A stretch of 63,954 nucleotides of DNA, the filler included, from an uncultured bacterium (GTDB lineage Bacteria; CAZSTA01): the NCBI GenBank assembly GCA_964609495.1. It is 3 parts of 3 records of this genome, joined end to end, with 100 filler letters (N's around TTAATTAATTAA, not from the genome) between each part and the next. Parts side by side here need not be neighbours in the genome. Positions count along the whole stretch, not along the records: positions 25,272 to 50,388 come from CAZSTA010000032.1; 2 more parts are not named here. One strand, written 5' to 3'. The notes beneath the pieces are model-generated. The model saw nothing but the letters and a program-made list of their open reading frames with translations, had not been told where the DNA came from and did no database searches. A program made the translations under genes and the position numbers. Of this stretch, positions 39,445-48,408 are shown piece after piece; within the stretch, counting starts at the first letter, position 1; each line of letters starts with the position of its first letter.

Positions 39445-40503
39445 CTACCTCTGTGTTAAATCCCTTCCGCACTGCCTACAGAACTTAGCTCCCACTTTGT
39501 TCGGAGTCCCACAGCTTGGACAGATCACCTGTTTGACATCCTCAGTAGGAGATGGTCTCCTCTCCTCTTCTTCGATTAAAACAGGTTTCTCCTCCCTAAC
39601 GGCGCTCGTTTCAATTTGACTTTGAGCGATAGGAACTTCTCCCTTGACAAATTTCTCTCTGAAGATGAACTCCAAGCCACCGAATCTGAGCTTATCTCCA
39701 TTCACTAGCTGATGTCTATTAATGAGTCGCTGTCCATTTACAAAAGTTCCCTTATCACTTCCAGCATCTTGAAGCCAATACTTCTTACTCTCGATAGCGA
39801 TGATCGCATGTTTAGGAGAGACCTCGGGATCTCCAAAGAGACCAATATCGCTCAACTCGTCCTTGCCGATAGTGGTTGGATTCTTCGATATTATATACTC
39901 CCTCCCCTCGTATCTGCTCGTGAGTCCATAAAGCCAAGCTTGAGCTAGCATCCTCTCTATAATAACTATAAATGCTCCGATAAACGCTCCTAGTAGCACC
40001 GTAGCGATCAACCTGCTCAATACCCCAGTAGGAAATATCCAGCCTATGATCTCGAAGAAGCCTCCCCCTAGATAGCCCCCGATCAGTCCGCCTAAAGCAC
40101 CTCTCCACTCTCGAACAGGATCTTTAGTAACTGCTCCCTGAGAGAAGCCTATGAATGCTCCAACTATGGCCCAGCCAGCGGCCCTTCCGACCAGAGCGTA
40201 TCCTCCAGCTCGTAGAACCTCGAAAGCCCACTCTCCGAGAATGCTCCCTATCGCCCCTCCGATCGCGCCGAGTATCGCACCAGATTTCATCCTCTTGAGG
40301 GTCTGTCCCGGCCTTCTATCAATTAATCCTAAGCAAGCACCGATAGTCGCACTGATGACTATGAAGTAGAGGGCGGTCATTACATATCTCATAAAAGCGA
40401 TCTCGAAGTGAGGCCAGGCTAAAAGTTCCCCTGGCGCCCAGCCAATAGCACCTCCTAACGCTCCTGCTAAGGCGCTATAGATGATCCTCCTTTTGGATCT
40501 CAT
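39445..40503 (-). CDS. Gly-zipper membrane protein-FHA-zinc ribbon
   Basis: About 6 GxxGGxxG transmembrane helices; TIGK…VSPKHA…GTFVNG; CPSC…CRQC. Confidence 0.9.
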   Translation of the reverse strand: MRSKRRIIYSALAGALGGAIGWAPGELLAWPHFEIAFMRYVMTALYFIVISATIGACLGLIDRRPGQTLKRMKSGAILGAIGGAIGSILGEWAFEVLRAGGYALVGRAAGWAIVGAFIGFSQGAVTKDPVREWRGALGGLIGGYLGGGFFEIIGWIFPTGVLSRLIATVLLGAFIGAFIVIIERMLAQAWLYGLTSRYEGREYIISKNPTTIGKDELSDIGLFGDPEVSPKHAIIAIESKKYWLQDAGSDKGTFVNGQRLINRHQLVNGDKLRFGGLEFIFREKFVKGEVPIAQSQIETSAVREEKPVLIEEEERRPSPTEDVKQVICPSCGTPNKVGAKFCRQCGRDLTQR

Positions 40504-40509
40504 TTTTAT

Positions 40510-41742
40510 TCACGCTCCTTTGTCGGCTGATCGATCCCTCCACCAGAGGGGGAGAATTATAATCGCAGGTATTAGGAGGAATACGATGAGCGATTTAAGG
40601 TTGAAGCCACTCTCAGTTTCAGTGTGAATCAGGGAACCTCTGAGATAGACGGGGAGATTGCCTATACATAGCTCTAATGTTAAAGCTCCAAGTGCTGTGG
40701 TATAGATTCTGCCGAAGCGATCTTCCTCCTGAGCTTCCTCCCAACTGCCGTCTCTGCTCTGATGAGATAACAGCATACTAGCTATGTGATCTCTCCATCT
40801 CCTCCAGTTGCCTTCATCCCCATCGAGAAGAATCGCCCTAGTAGCGTAATACCAATAGTAGAAGGGATATCCAAATCCATACTGCTCTCGATTCCAGGTC
40901 GGCATATTTCGGAAGATATACTTTATTCCCGTTTTGACATAGGGGTCATCGGGGTATCCACAGAGTTGAAGGGATAAAACGCCCATTCCAGTTCGAGCAC
41001 AACCATGAGAACTACCGCGGGGAGTATAGGTGAAACCACCACTTGATGGGTGATAGCACCTCCGAGTAAATTCCGCCGCAGCCTCAAAAGTCCGCGTGGG
41101 AATGTCAACTCCGATCTCCTTCGCGGCTCGCAGGGCGATCACCTGCCATCCCGTTACCGAGTTGTCTCCATCGAGGCTTTCAGGGCTGTATCTCCACCCT
41201 CCGTGATAGAGAGAGTTTTTGTCTATAGGACCTCTTAACGAGGAGGGTTTATACTCTGTATTCTGGCTTTTAACGATCAGAGAAATAGCATCCTCTATAA
41301 TAGACAATAGCTTCTTATCCTCTGTTTTAGCGTAAATTTCAACTAGTCCTATGGTGGCTATCCCATGGGAATACATAAGGTGGCCGGCTCCTTCTCGAGG
41401 CTCTATAACATCATTATGTATCAAACCAGCCCTTTTATCCGATTTAGTGGCTTTGCTGGGGTGGTAACAAGCTCTGAGGAAATTCAAGGCTGAGGAGATA
41501 TTATCCTTATATCGCGCTAGATCATTGGAGTCAGCGAAGCCCATCAGGGCCATTCCCGCTATTGCAACGGATTTATTGGCCGATCCAGCATTCCATGAAC
41601 CGTCGCTATTTTGCTCTCTAGCTAGATAATCGAGAGCTTTCTCTAAGGCAATTCCGATCTCTCTATCGGTAGGAGCAGAATGGATCGTTTGGCACATAAC
41701 AAGTAAGAGAGCCAGGGTTACCAGAAACACCCTAGAGCACAT
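40510..41742 (-). CDS. Extracytoplasmic prenyltransferase/squalene cyclase-repeat (alpha/alpha barrel) protein with C-terminal anchor
   Basis: Signal peptide; QNSDGSW, GGWRY, GGFTY, QSRDGSW repeats; MYSHGIAT, SVTGWQ..AL, YYWYY. Confidence 0.85.
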   Translation of the reverse strand: MCSRVFLVTLALLLVMCQTIHSAPTDREIGIALEKALDYLAREQNSDGSWNAGSANKSVAIAGMALMGFADSNDLARYKDNISSALNFLRACYHPSKATKSDKRAGLIHNDVIEPREGAGHLMYSHGIATIGLVEIYAKTEDKKLLSIIEDAISLIVKSQNTEYKPSSLRGPIDKNSLYHGGWRYSPESLDGDNSVTGWQVIALRAAKEIGVDIPTRTFEAAAEFTRRCYHPSSGGFTYTPRGSSHGCARTGMGVLSLQLCGYPDDPYVKTGIKYIFRNMPTWNREQYGFGYPFYYWYYATRAILLDGDEGNWRRWRDHIASMLLSHQSRDGSWEEAQEEDRFGRIYTTALGALTLELCIGNLPVYLRGSLIHTETESGFNLKSLIVFLLIPAIIILPLWWRDRSADKGA

Positions 41743-41748
41743 TCAACT

Positions 41749-42216
41749 TCACCTCCCAGGGATCATAAACCTGGTGACCACCTTGCCTATTCTCACCTCA
41801 TCTCTATTGTTCAGCATCTGAGGCACATTCGGCTCCAGAGCATGACCATTAACAAAGGTCTTATTAGAACTCCCTAGATCCTTTATGAAGTAGCGAGGTC
41901 CCTTCTGGATGTCGATCTGAGCGTGCTTTCGAGATACCGTCCTCTCAGGATCATCCTCGGTAAGATCTATCGCTGGATATATACCATCTTGGGGACTCCT
42001 CCTACCGACCAGGTTGATGGTCGAGTTCGTTAACTCGTAACTCCTCCCACTGCTTATTACCAATAATTTTGGTCTTTCTCCAGGGGGCTTTGGAACTTCT
42101 ATATCTACCTTAGTATCCTCAAGAGAAGAATGTGAGATATCTCGCAACTTAGTTCCACAACCACCACAGTAGATAGCATCCTCCCGATTAATCCGACCAC
42201 ATTTAGGGCATTTCAT
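41749..42216 (-). CDS. Zinc ribbon-FHA domain protein
   Basis: CPKC…CGGC; VGR…VSRKHA…DLGSSNKTFVNG. Confidence 0.92.
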   Translation of the reverse strand: MKCPKCGRINREDAIYCGGCGTKLRDISHSSLEDTKVDIEVPKPPGERPKLLVISSGRSYELTNSTINLVGRRSPQDGIYPAIDLTEDDPERTVSRKHAQIDIQKGPRYFIKDLGSSNKTFVNGHALEPNVPQMLNNRDEVRIGKVVTRFMIPGR

Positions 42217-44069
42217 CCCTCATTCACTCCTCTATCTCCGAATCTCAGTAGAACTATTGTTACATTATCCTCTCCCCCTTCTCGATTAGCCGCAGCTATT
42301 AGCTTCTCACAAGCCCCTTGGGGATCGAGCGAAGTTAGGATTATCTCCTTGATCTCCTCGTCTCTAATCATACTATTCAATCCATCTGAACAGAGAAGAA
42401 TCTGATCTCCTGCTTCCAACTTAACTTTGTTCAGATCCGGCTCTACATCAGACTTACCACTGATCGCTTTATAAATCTCACCTCTTCTAGTATGAGATCG
42501 AGCCTCTTCCTCCGTCACTTGGCCAATCGAGATCAGTCTAGCCATTAAGGAGTGATCCACAGTAAGTCTCTCTATACCATCTTCTTTAATAAGATAAGCT
42601 CTGCTATCTCCAACATGGGCTATATATATAGTATCGCCTAATAATAGGGCAAGGACTATGGTAGAGCCCATCCCTTTAGTCTCAGGGTGATCGCTGACGT
42701 AAGAGGAGATGGCTTGATCAGCCCTATGTATCGCTTCGCTGATTTTATCCTTTATGATCTCATCTGAAAGCAATTTACCCTCAGAGAAGAATATATTCGA
42801 CCGTAAATATTCGCTTACAACCCTTATAACTAGTGAACTGGCTACTTCACCAGCACTTTCCCCGCCCATTCCATCCGCTACTAGGTATAGACCTTGTAGG
42901 TAAATAGCTGATTGTTCCACTGAAGAGAGCTCTAGGGTGAGCAAGGAATCTTCATTTATCTTCCGCCTCTTCCCCACATCCGAACTACGTCCTATATTTA
43001 AGGTGAACGGGAAGCTCATCCTTAGTTTGGCTAATAAAGGAAGTAAAGCCTCCTTGAATTCTCCTGCTGTTTGATACCTCCTCGTCATATCTTGAGCCAT
43101 AGCCTTCGCTATTATCCCTTGAATTTCTGGAGAGATACCAGATATAGTTGAGAAGATGGGTGATATCCCCTGAAGGCTGGGATCATCGTTTGAAAGGAGA
43201 TAATACATAGTCGCTCCCAGAGAAAATGTATCGGATCGATGATCAACTGGAGAGGGGTTGAGACCACAAAGCTCCGGAGGGGAATATCCCTCCGTGAAGG
43301 CGCCTTTGACTCCCATTGTCTCCGAAAGATGACGAGCCCTAGTAAATCCGGCTAATTTTATTTCCCCCTCCTCACTGATCAATATATTCTGCTCTCTTAT
43401 ATCAAGATGCACTATCGCTTTCTGATAGAGATACTCCAAGGCTTTGCAAATCCGAAAGGATAAGTCTATTACTTGCTTGGAGGTAGGTTTATCAAACTGA
43501 GAAGTAAAGGCGACTCCAAACTCGGTTACCAGGTATAACTCATCATCCTCTTCGAAATGATCTATAACTCTGATGATATTGGGGTGTTCAAGAGTTTGTA
43601 ACATCTCGAACTCGTGAAAGGACGGATGTTTTTTCCCCTCGAATCCCTCCTTCAAATCGATATATCTCCTTATCAAATAGAAATTATCCGCCTGCTTTAG
43701 CTCTTGGGCTTTATAAAGCTCAAAACTAGGAGAGGGAGAGGTTATCTGCTCGATTATCTTATATCGCTTTTTAAGGATATCTTTGATCTTTTTAGGTTGT
43801 TGAATCTCCTCCTCTCCAAGAGGTGGTTCAGTTAAAGGAGGTAACTTCCTAGTTCTATAATCCGCAGTCTCGGAGTTCTGCTTTATCATATCCTCAGTGA
43901 TAACTGGGAATTTATCGGTATCTTCATTACCGGAGGTGGATATCTCCTCTCTCTCCTTATCGGAATCCACCGAGGAGATAACGACCTTGGTTAAATCAAA
44001 ACCACATTCGTCGCAGTATTTATTATCCTCGGGATTCTCGAAATTACAAACAGGACATATTTTCATCAA
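42213..44069 (-). CDS. Zinc ribbon-(pseudo)kinase-PP2C/Stp1 phosphatase fusion
   Basis: CPVC…CDEC; kinase fold (HPNII, HLDIREQN, GYSPPE) with degenerate motifs; PP2C NEDS, VADGMGG, HVGDSRAY, LLCSDGL, GGEDNVT. Confidence 0.92.
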   Translation of the reverse strand: MMKICPVCNFENPEDNKYCDECGFDLTKVVISSVDSDKEREEISTSGNEDTDKFPVITEDMIKQNSETADYRTRKLPPLTEPPLGEEEIQQPKKIKDILKKRYKIIEQITSPSPSFELYKAQELKQADNFYLIRRYIDLKEGFEGKKHPSFHEFEMLQTLEHPNIIRVIDHFEEDDELYLVTEFGVAFTSQFDKPTSKQVIDLSFRICKALEYLYQKAIVHLDIREQNILISEEGEIKLAGFTRARHLSETMGVKGAFTEGYSPPELCGLNPSPVDHRSDTFSLGATMYYLLSNDDPSLQGISPIFSTISGISPEIQGIIAKAMAQDMTRRYQTAGEFKEALLPLLAKLRMSFPFTLNIGRSSDVGKRRKINEDSLLTLELSSVEQSAIYLQGLYLVADGMGGESAGEVASSLVIRVVSEYLRSNIFFSEGKLLSDEIIKDKISEAIHRADQAISSYVSDHPETKGMGSTIVLALLLGDTIYIAHVGDSRAYLIKEDGIERLTVDHSLMARLISIGQVTEEEARSHTRRGEIYKAISGKSDVEPDLNKVKLEAGDQILLCSDGLNSMIRDEEIKEIILTSLDPQGACEKLIAAANREGGEDNVTIVLLRFGDRGVNEG

Positions 44070-44084
44070 AGATGGACCTCCTCC

Positions 44085-45617
44085 CTACGTCCAAAACTTA
44101 CGATCTAAGCTTCGATATTGTATCGCCTCGGCTATATAGCTGGCTTCGATATCCTCCGTTCCTTGGAGATCGGCGATCGTTCGAGACACCTTCAAAATTC
44201 GATCATAGGCTCTGGCACTCAAGCCCAATCTCTTAATAGCTGTCTCCAATAGAGTCCGAGCCGACTCACCGATCTTGCAATATTTCCTGATATGTTTAGA
44301 TTCCATCTGAGCATTACAATATATATTCTCCCTGACGAATCTCTCCAACTGAATAGCTCGCGCTTTATTAACCCTCTTCCTAATGCTTAACGAACTTTCT
44401 CCTAGGGAGAAGCGAGTTATCTCCTTATTTCCAAGACGAGGGACTTCTACATGAATATCTATACGATCCAATAAGGGACCCGATATCCTGCTTAAATAAC
44501 GCTGAATCTGATAGGGAGAACAAGTGCATTCCTTAACAGCATCTCCATAATATCCACACGGACAGGGGTTCATCGCGGCTACGAGCATGAATCGAGCTGG
44601 ATAGGTGAGGGTTGTGGCAGCCCGAGAGATAGTAACTTCCCCATCCTCCAGGGGTTGACGCATAACCTCCAAGACGTTGCGGCTGAATTCGGGGAGTTCG
44701 TCTAGGAATAAGACTCCATTATGGGATAGACTCACCTCACCTGGTCTCGGTATTCTCCCCCCGCCGATCAATCCTGCATCGGAGATGGTATGATGAGGAG
44801 AGCGAAACGGTCTAGTGGTAAGCAGGGCAGTCTTGGGGGGCAATAAGCCAACAACGCTATGGAGTTTGGTGGTCTCAAGCGCCTCCTCTCTGATCATATT
44901 GGGAAGGATCGTGGGAAGCCGGCGCGCTAACATCGTTTTCCCCGAACCAGGAGGACCAACCATAATGATATTATGACCTCCTGCCGCGGCTACCTCCATA
45001 GCTCTCTTAACATGCCCTTGCCCTTTCACCTCAGAGAAATCAACGCCATAATCTGGCTCTTTTCCGAAGATCTCATCCTCATCCAAAACATAAGGTTCGA
45101 TATCTATTTCCCCATCTAAAAAACTGGCTGCCTGTTCTAAAGATTCTATAGGATATACGCCGATATCCCCCACAATAGCAGCCTCATAGATATTATCGAC
45201 TGGAAGCAACATCCCCTTCATTCCGGCCTCTTTAGCGGCGAGAGCCATAGGGAGAACACCGCTTACCGGGCGAATGCCTCCATCTAGGGATAATTCTCCC
45301 AAAACTATATGATCATTAAATTTACCATTATTGATCTGCCTCGTAGCTGACATCAATCCCAAGGCAATCGGAAGATCAAAGGAGGGGCCTTCCTTTCTCA
45401 CATCTGCGGGAGCTAGATTGATGGTCATCCTCTGGGTAGGATAGGCATATCCGCTATTTTTGATCGCTGATCGGACCCGCTCTTTAGACTCTTGCACCGC
45501 CGCATCAGGTAATCCCACAATGGTTAGCGCCGGCATCCCTTTGGAGATATCGACCTCTACTTCCACCAGATAAGCGTCAATTCCTTTCAAAGCACTTGAA
45601 TATACCTTCGATAACAT
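44085..45617 (-). CDS. comM: ComM/YifB Mg-chelatase-like AAA+ ATPase
   Basis: [53 protein letters not shown]. Confidence 0.96.
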   Translation of the reverse strand: MLSKVYSSALKGIDAYLVEVEVDISKGMPALTIVGLPDAAVQESKERVRSAIKNSGYAYPTQRMTINLAPADVRKEGPSFDLPIALGLMSATRQINNGKFNDHIVLGELSLDGGIRPVSGVLPMALAAKEAGMKGMLLPVDNIYEAAIVGDIGVYPIESLEQAASFLDGEIDIEPYVLDEDEIFGKEPDYGVDFSEVKGQGHVKRAMEVAAAGGHNIIMVGPPGSGKTMLARRLPTILPNMIREEALETTKLHSVVGLLPPKTALLTTRPFRSPHHTISDAGLIGGGRIPRPGEVSLSHNGVLFLDELPEFSRNVLEVMRQPLEDGEVTISRAATTLTYPARFMLVAAMNPCPCGYYGDAVKECTCSPYQIQRYLSRISGPLLDRIDIHVEVPRLGNKEITRFSLGESSLSIRKRVNKARAIQLERFVRENIYCNAQMESKHIRKYCKIGESARTLLETAIKRLGLSARAYDRILKVSRTIADLQGTEDIEASYIAEAIQYRSLDRKFWT

Positions 45618-45619
45618 GC

Positions 45620-46012
45620 TTAGAAGATACCTCCTTCCTCCACGCAGAAAGCATTTTCAAGCAACTGAACTTTATTTTTTATCCCCTCTTTCGCTTTGAT
45701 AAAAAATACAGCGGCTACATCGAAACGACAATTTTTATCTTTCAATTCCTTTTCGCTCAGATAATATAAGGCTGTTTGTATTATATGTTGCTTCTTGCCC
45801 TCAGTTATCGCCTCCCAAGGGGAACCAAATCTATTCGAAGTTCGACTTTTCACCTCTACAAAAACGGTATCTTCTCCATCCTGAGCTATAATATCTATCT
45901 CTCCATAAGGGGAGTGATAGTTCCTTTCCAATATCTCGTATCCTTTATCTCGCAATATCTCTTCTACTTTCTCCTCAGCAATTCTCCCTAGCATCTGATT
46001 TTTCTTGGTCAA
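45620..46012 (-). CDS. yraN: YraN family putative endonuclease
   Basis: [32 protein letters not shown] start after AGAGGAG. Confidence 0.92.
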   Translation of the reverse strand: MTKKNQMLGRIAEEKVEEILRDKGYEILERNYHSPYGEIDIIAQDGEDTVFVEVKSRTSNRFGSPWEAITEGKKQHIIQTALYYLSEKELKDKNCRFDVAAVFFIKAKEGIKNKVQLLENAFCVEEGGIF

Positions 46013-46046
46013 GAGATATATCTCCTCTCTACAATATCTGTAATTC

Positions 46047-46075
46047 ATTATACCATTTTTGAGGAAATTTGTAAA
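46047..46075 (-). promoter_or_regulatory. Sigma70-type promoter of yraN-comM and possibly the kinase cluster
   Basis: TTTACA-17-TATAAT with extended TG. Confidence 0.7.
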
Positions 46076-46099
46076 GTATGAATAGTGGATACTAAACCA

Positions 46100-46330
46100 A
46101 GTAAAATCCCCTGATAATCGGGAAGAGGTGCATAATCATACCGATGAATCCCTAGGGTCAAGATCGCTTGATCACTTCCTTGATTTTAATCGGAGGATTT
46201 TAAGTTTCTCTGGAACTAGCTTTGCAACGAAGCTTAATCTCCCGAATTCATTCGGAAGATCGTCGAGTAGAATTGAAACTATGATTTTATTCATAATTTT
46301 GTGAACACCACCTGATTTTATCTGGTAGGC
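46100..46330. repeat. Cluster of degenerate IS200/IS605-like end hairpins
   Basis: Minus strand AATCCTCCGATTAAAATCAAGGAAGTGATCAA and GCCTACCAGATAAAATCAGGTGGTGTTCAC; CCGAATTCATTCGG palindrome. Confidence 0.45.
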
Positions 46331-46345
46331 GAGAGAAAAAGTTCC

Positions 46346-46374
46346 TTGACAAAAAGCGGGGTAAGCTATATAAT
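46346..46374 (+). promoter_or_regulatory. Consensus sigma70 promoter of the rbsD operon
   Basis: TTGACA-17-TATAAT. Confidence 0.88.
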
Positions 46375-46447
46375 TTAGAGGAGGATCGAAAAGTTGACGA
46401 ATTGATACTACTGATAGTTATTCGCTGGAATGAAAGGGGGTTTATAT

Positions 46448-46849
46448 ATGAAGAAGAAAGGGATTCTAAATCGTGATATTTCAGAGGTAATAGCTAGTAT
46501 GGGACATACTGATAAGTTGGTGATCTGTGATGGGGGATTTCCAATCCCTTCCGATATGCGCCGTATTGATTTAGCCTTGATTGCGGGAAAGCCACCTTTT
46601 TTGGAGACTCTTGAGATCATTCTCGATGAATTAGCGGTTGAGAAGATAATCATAGCGGAGGAGACGGAGCAGGTTAGCCCTATGCTTTATAAGAAGATTC
46701 GGGAGTTATTTCCTGGAGATATCGAGGTGGAAAAGGTCCCCCATATCGAATTTAAACAGATAGCAAAGGAGGCAAAGGCAGTGATCAGAACTGGGGAATT
46801 TACTCCTTATGCTAATATTATTTTAGTGAGTGGAGTGGTGTATAAATAG
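46448..46849 (+). CDS. rbsD: D-ribose pyranase
   Basis: MKKKGILN, MGHTD, RIDLAL, IRTGEFTPYANIIL.SGV. Confidence 0.96.
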   Translation: MKKKGILNRDISEVIASMGHTDKLVICDGGFPIPSDMRRIDLALIAGKPPFLETLEIILDELAVEKIIIAEETEQVSPMLYKKIRELFPGDIEVEKVPHIEFKQIAKEAKAVIRTGEFTPYANIILVSGVVYK

Positions 46850-46885
46850 CAAGATAGTAAAAATTTATAAAGGAGGCTCTCCGAG

Positions 46886-47596
46886 ATGAAGATCATCAGA
46901 AGCAAAAATCTAGTGATTCTCGTGATTTCGGGGCTTGTTTTAGGACTTCTGCTATCAGCAGGTTGTGGGGGGCGTCGTCCGAAAAAAGTAGATAAAGCTG
47001 AGCTTCTATATCGTCAAGGGGTAGAACTAGAGGATATGGGACGCTATGAGGAGGCTTTAGATAAGTATCAAGAGGTTATAGATAGATATCCAAGTAGCAG
47101 GTATGCCCTTCTTGCTCGAGATGCTATAGATAATATTAATGTTATGCTTCTCTACGAAAGAGCGAAGCGGGCTTATCAAGAGGGACGTTACGATGAAGCT
47201 ATCGTCGCCTATCAGTTGGTAATAGATCGTTATCCCGACAGCCGTTATGCTGAGCTAGCGAGAAGTGAGATCATAGAGGCGAAGGTTGTCAAGATACTCT
47301 CTGGGCGCACAACAGTTCTTCCTAGCGTCGAGGGGATAATAGTTGGGGATTCCTCTAAAAATCCAACTATAACTATAAATAATAATACGGGTTATTTGAT
47401 GAGGATTATGTTCAGCGGTCCCAGTCCAATTGAGATAATCGTAGCGGCTGGGGACACAGTTTCGCAGAAGCTTATCCCTGGTAATTATAGGATTGCGGCG
47501 GTTATCGAGGGGCGCGAAGTTGAGCCCTTCTCCGGAGCGGAGAATTTTGAGAGTGGGCACGAATATAGATGGGATTTTTACCTCAGAGGGCGTTAG
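46886..47596 (+). CDS. TPR-repeat lipoprotein (BamD/CpoB-like repeats)
   Basis: Lipobox LSAGC; two Y.EA…YQ.VIDRYP.SRYA repeats. Confidence 0.82.
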   Translation: MKIIRSKNLVILVISGLVLGLLLSAGCGGRRPKKVDKAELLYRQGVELEDMGRYEEALDKYQEVIDRYPSSRYALLARDAIDNINVMLLYERAKRAYQEGRYDEAIVAYQLVIDRYPDSRYAELARSEIIEAKVVKILSGRTTVLPSVEGIIVGDSSKNPTITINNNTGYLMRIMFSGPSPIEIIVAAGDTVSQKLIPGNYRIAAVIEGREVEPFSGAENFESGHEYRWDFYLRGR

Positions 47597-47617
47597 TAAA
47601 ATTAAGTTCAGGAGGAA

Positions 47618-48220
47618 ATGTCTATAATGCCGAAGATTGATGAAAAGATGTTCGGACCGATTAAGACTTTGTTTGATGGGAAGCGAGGATCATTCAAGCC
47701 TTATGGTCGGGTGATACAGCGTTCTCTAAGAGATATGGATGGAATGTATTTGGATGAGAATGCTTATAATGAGATGGTTCAGAAAGGAGATCCAATAATC
47801 TATGAAATCTACGAGGCTGATGTTCCTCTAAATGAAGAGGGAGCTTTAGCTTACTGTTCAAATATTGTCCATCCAGGTCGAGTGGGCGATGAGTATTTTA
47901 TGACTAAGGGACACTATCACTCCAACGATGACGCTGTTGAGGTTTATTTTTGCACTGCGGGAAAAGGCATATTGCTTATGCAGACTCGCAAGGGAGAAGT
48001 GACTTCGATAGAGATGGAGCCGGGGGTAATAGCCTATATCCCCCCTCGTTGGGCTCATAGGACGGTTAATGTTGGAGATGAGGATCTTGTATTTCTAGCT
48101 GTATATCCTGCTGATTCTGGACACGACTATGGGAGTATTGAGCGTTCAGGCTTCATTAAACTTGTCGTAGAAAGGGAGGGGAAGCCGACTATAATAGATA
48201 ATCCCAAATTCTCTTCCTAG
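47618..48220 (+). CDS. Cupin-type (archaeal-type) glucose-6-phosphate isomerase
   Basis: PG.VG.EYFMTKGHYH, EVY, G.G..LMQ, YIPP.WAHRTVN, GHDY..I. Confidence 0.92.
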   Translation: MSIMPKIDEKMFGPIKTLFDGKRGSFKPYGRVIQRSLRDMDGMYLDENAYNEMVQKGDPIIYEIYEADVPLNEEGALAYCSNIVHPGRVGDEYFMTKGHYHSNDDAVEVYFCTAGKGILLMQTRKGEVTSIEMEPGVIAYIPPRWAHRTVNVGDEDLVFLAVYPADSGHDYGSIERSGFIKLVVEREGKPTIIDNPKFSS

Positions 48221-48236
48221 AATGGGAAGGGGATAG

Positions 48237-48350
48237 TTGCAGGTAAAGGTTAGATATATCTCGAGCCTAAGAGACGTCTCGGGGAAAGCAGAGGAGATCC
48301 CAACCTTACAGAAGACAAAGACGATCGCCGATCTAAAGGGGGATAGATAG
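48237..48350 (+). pseudogene. Truncated MoaD/ThiS-like sulfur-carrier remnant
   Basis: MQVKVRYISSLRDVSGKAEEIPTLQKTKTIADL then a premature end without C-terminal GG; RBS GAAGGGG. Confidence 0.55.
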
Positions 48351-48408
48351 AGGGAAAATTAATTGGAGAGCCATCTTCTATCTCCCAGATGGGAAGGAGT
48401 TATTTTAG

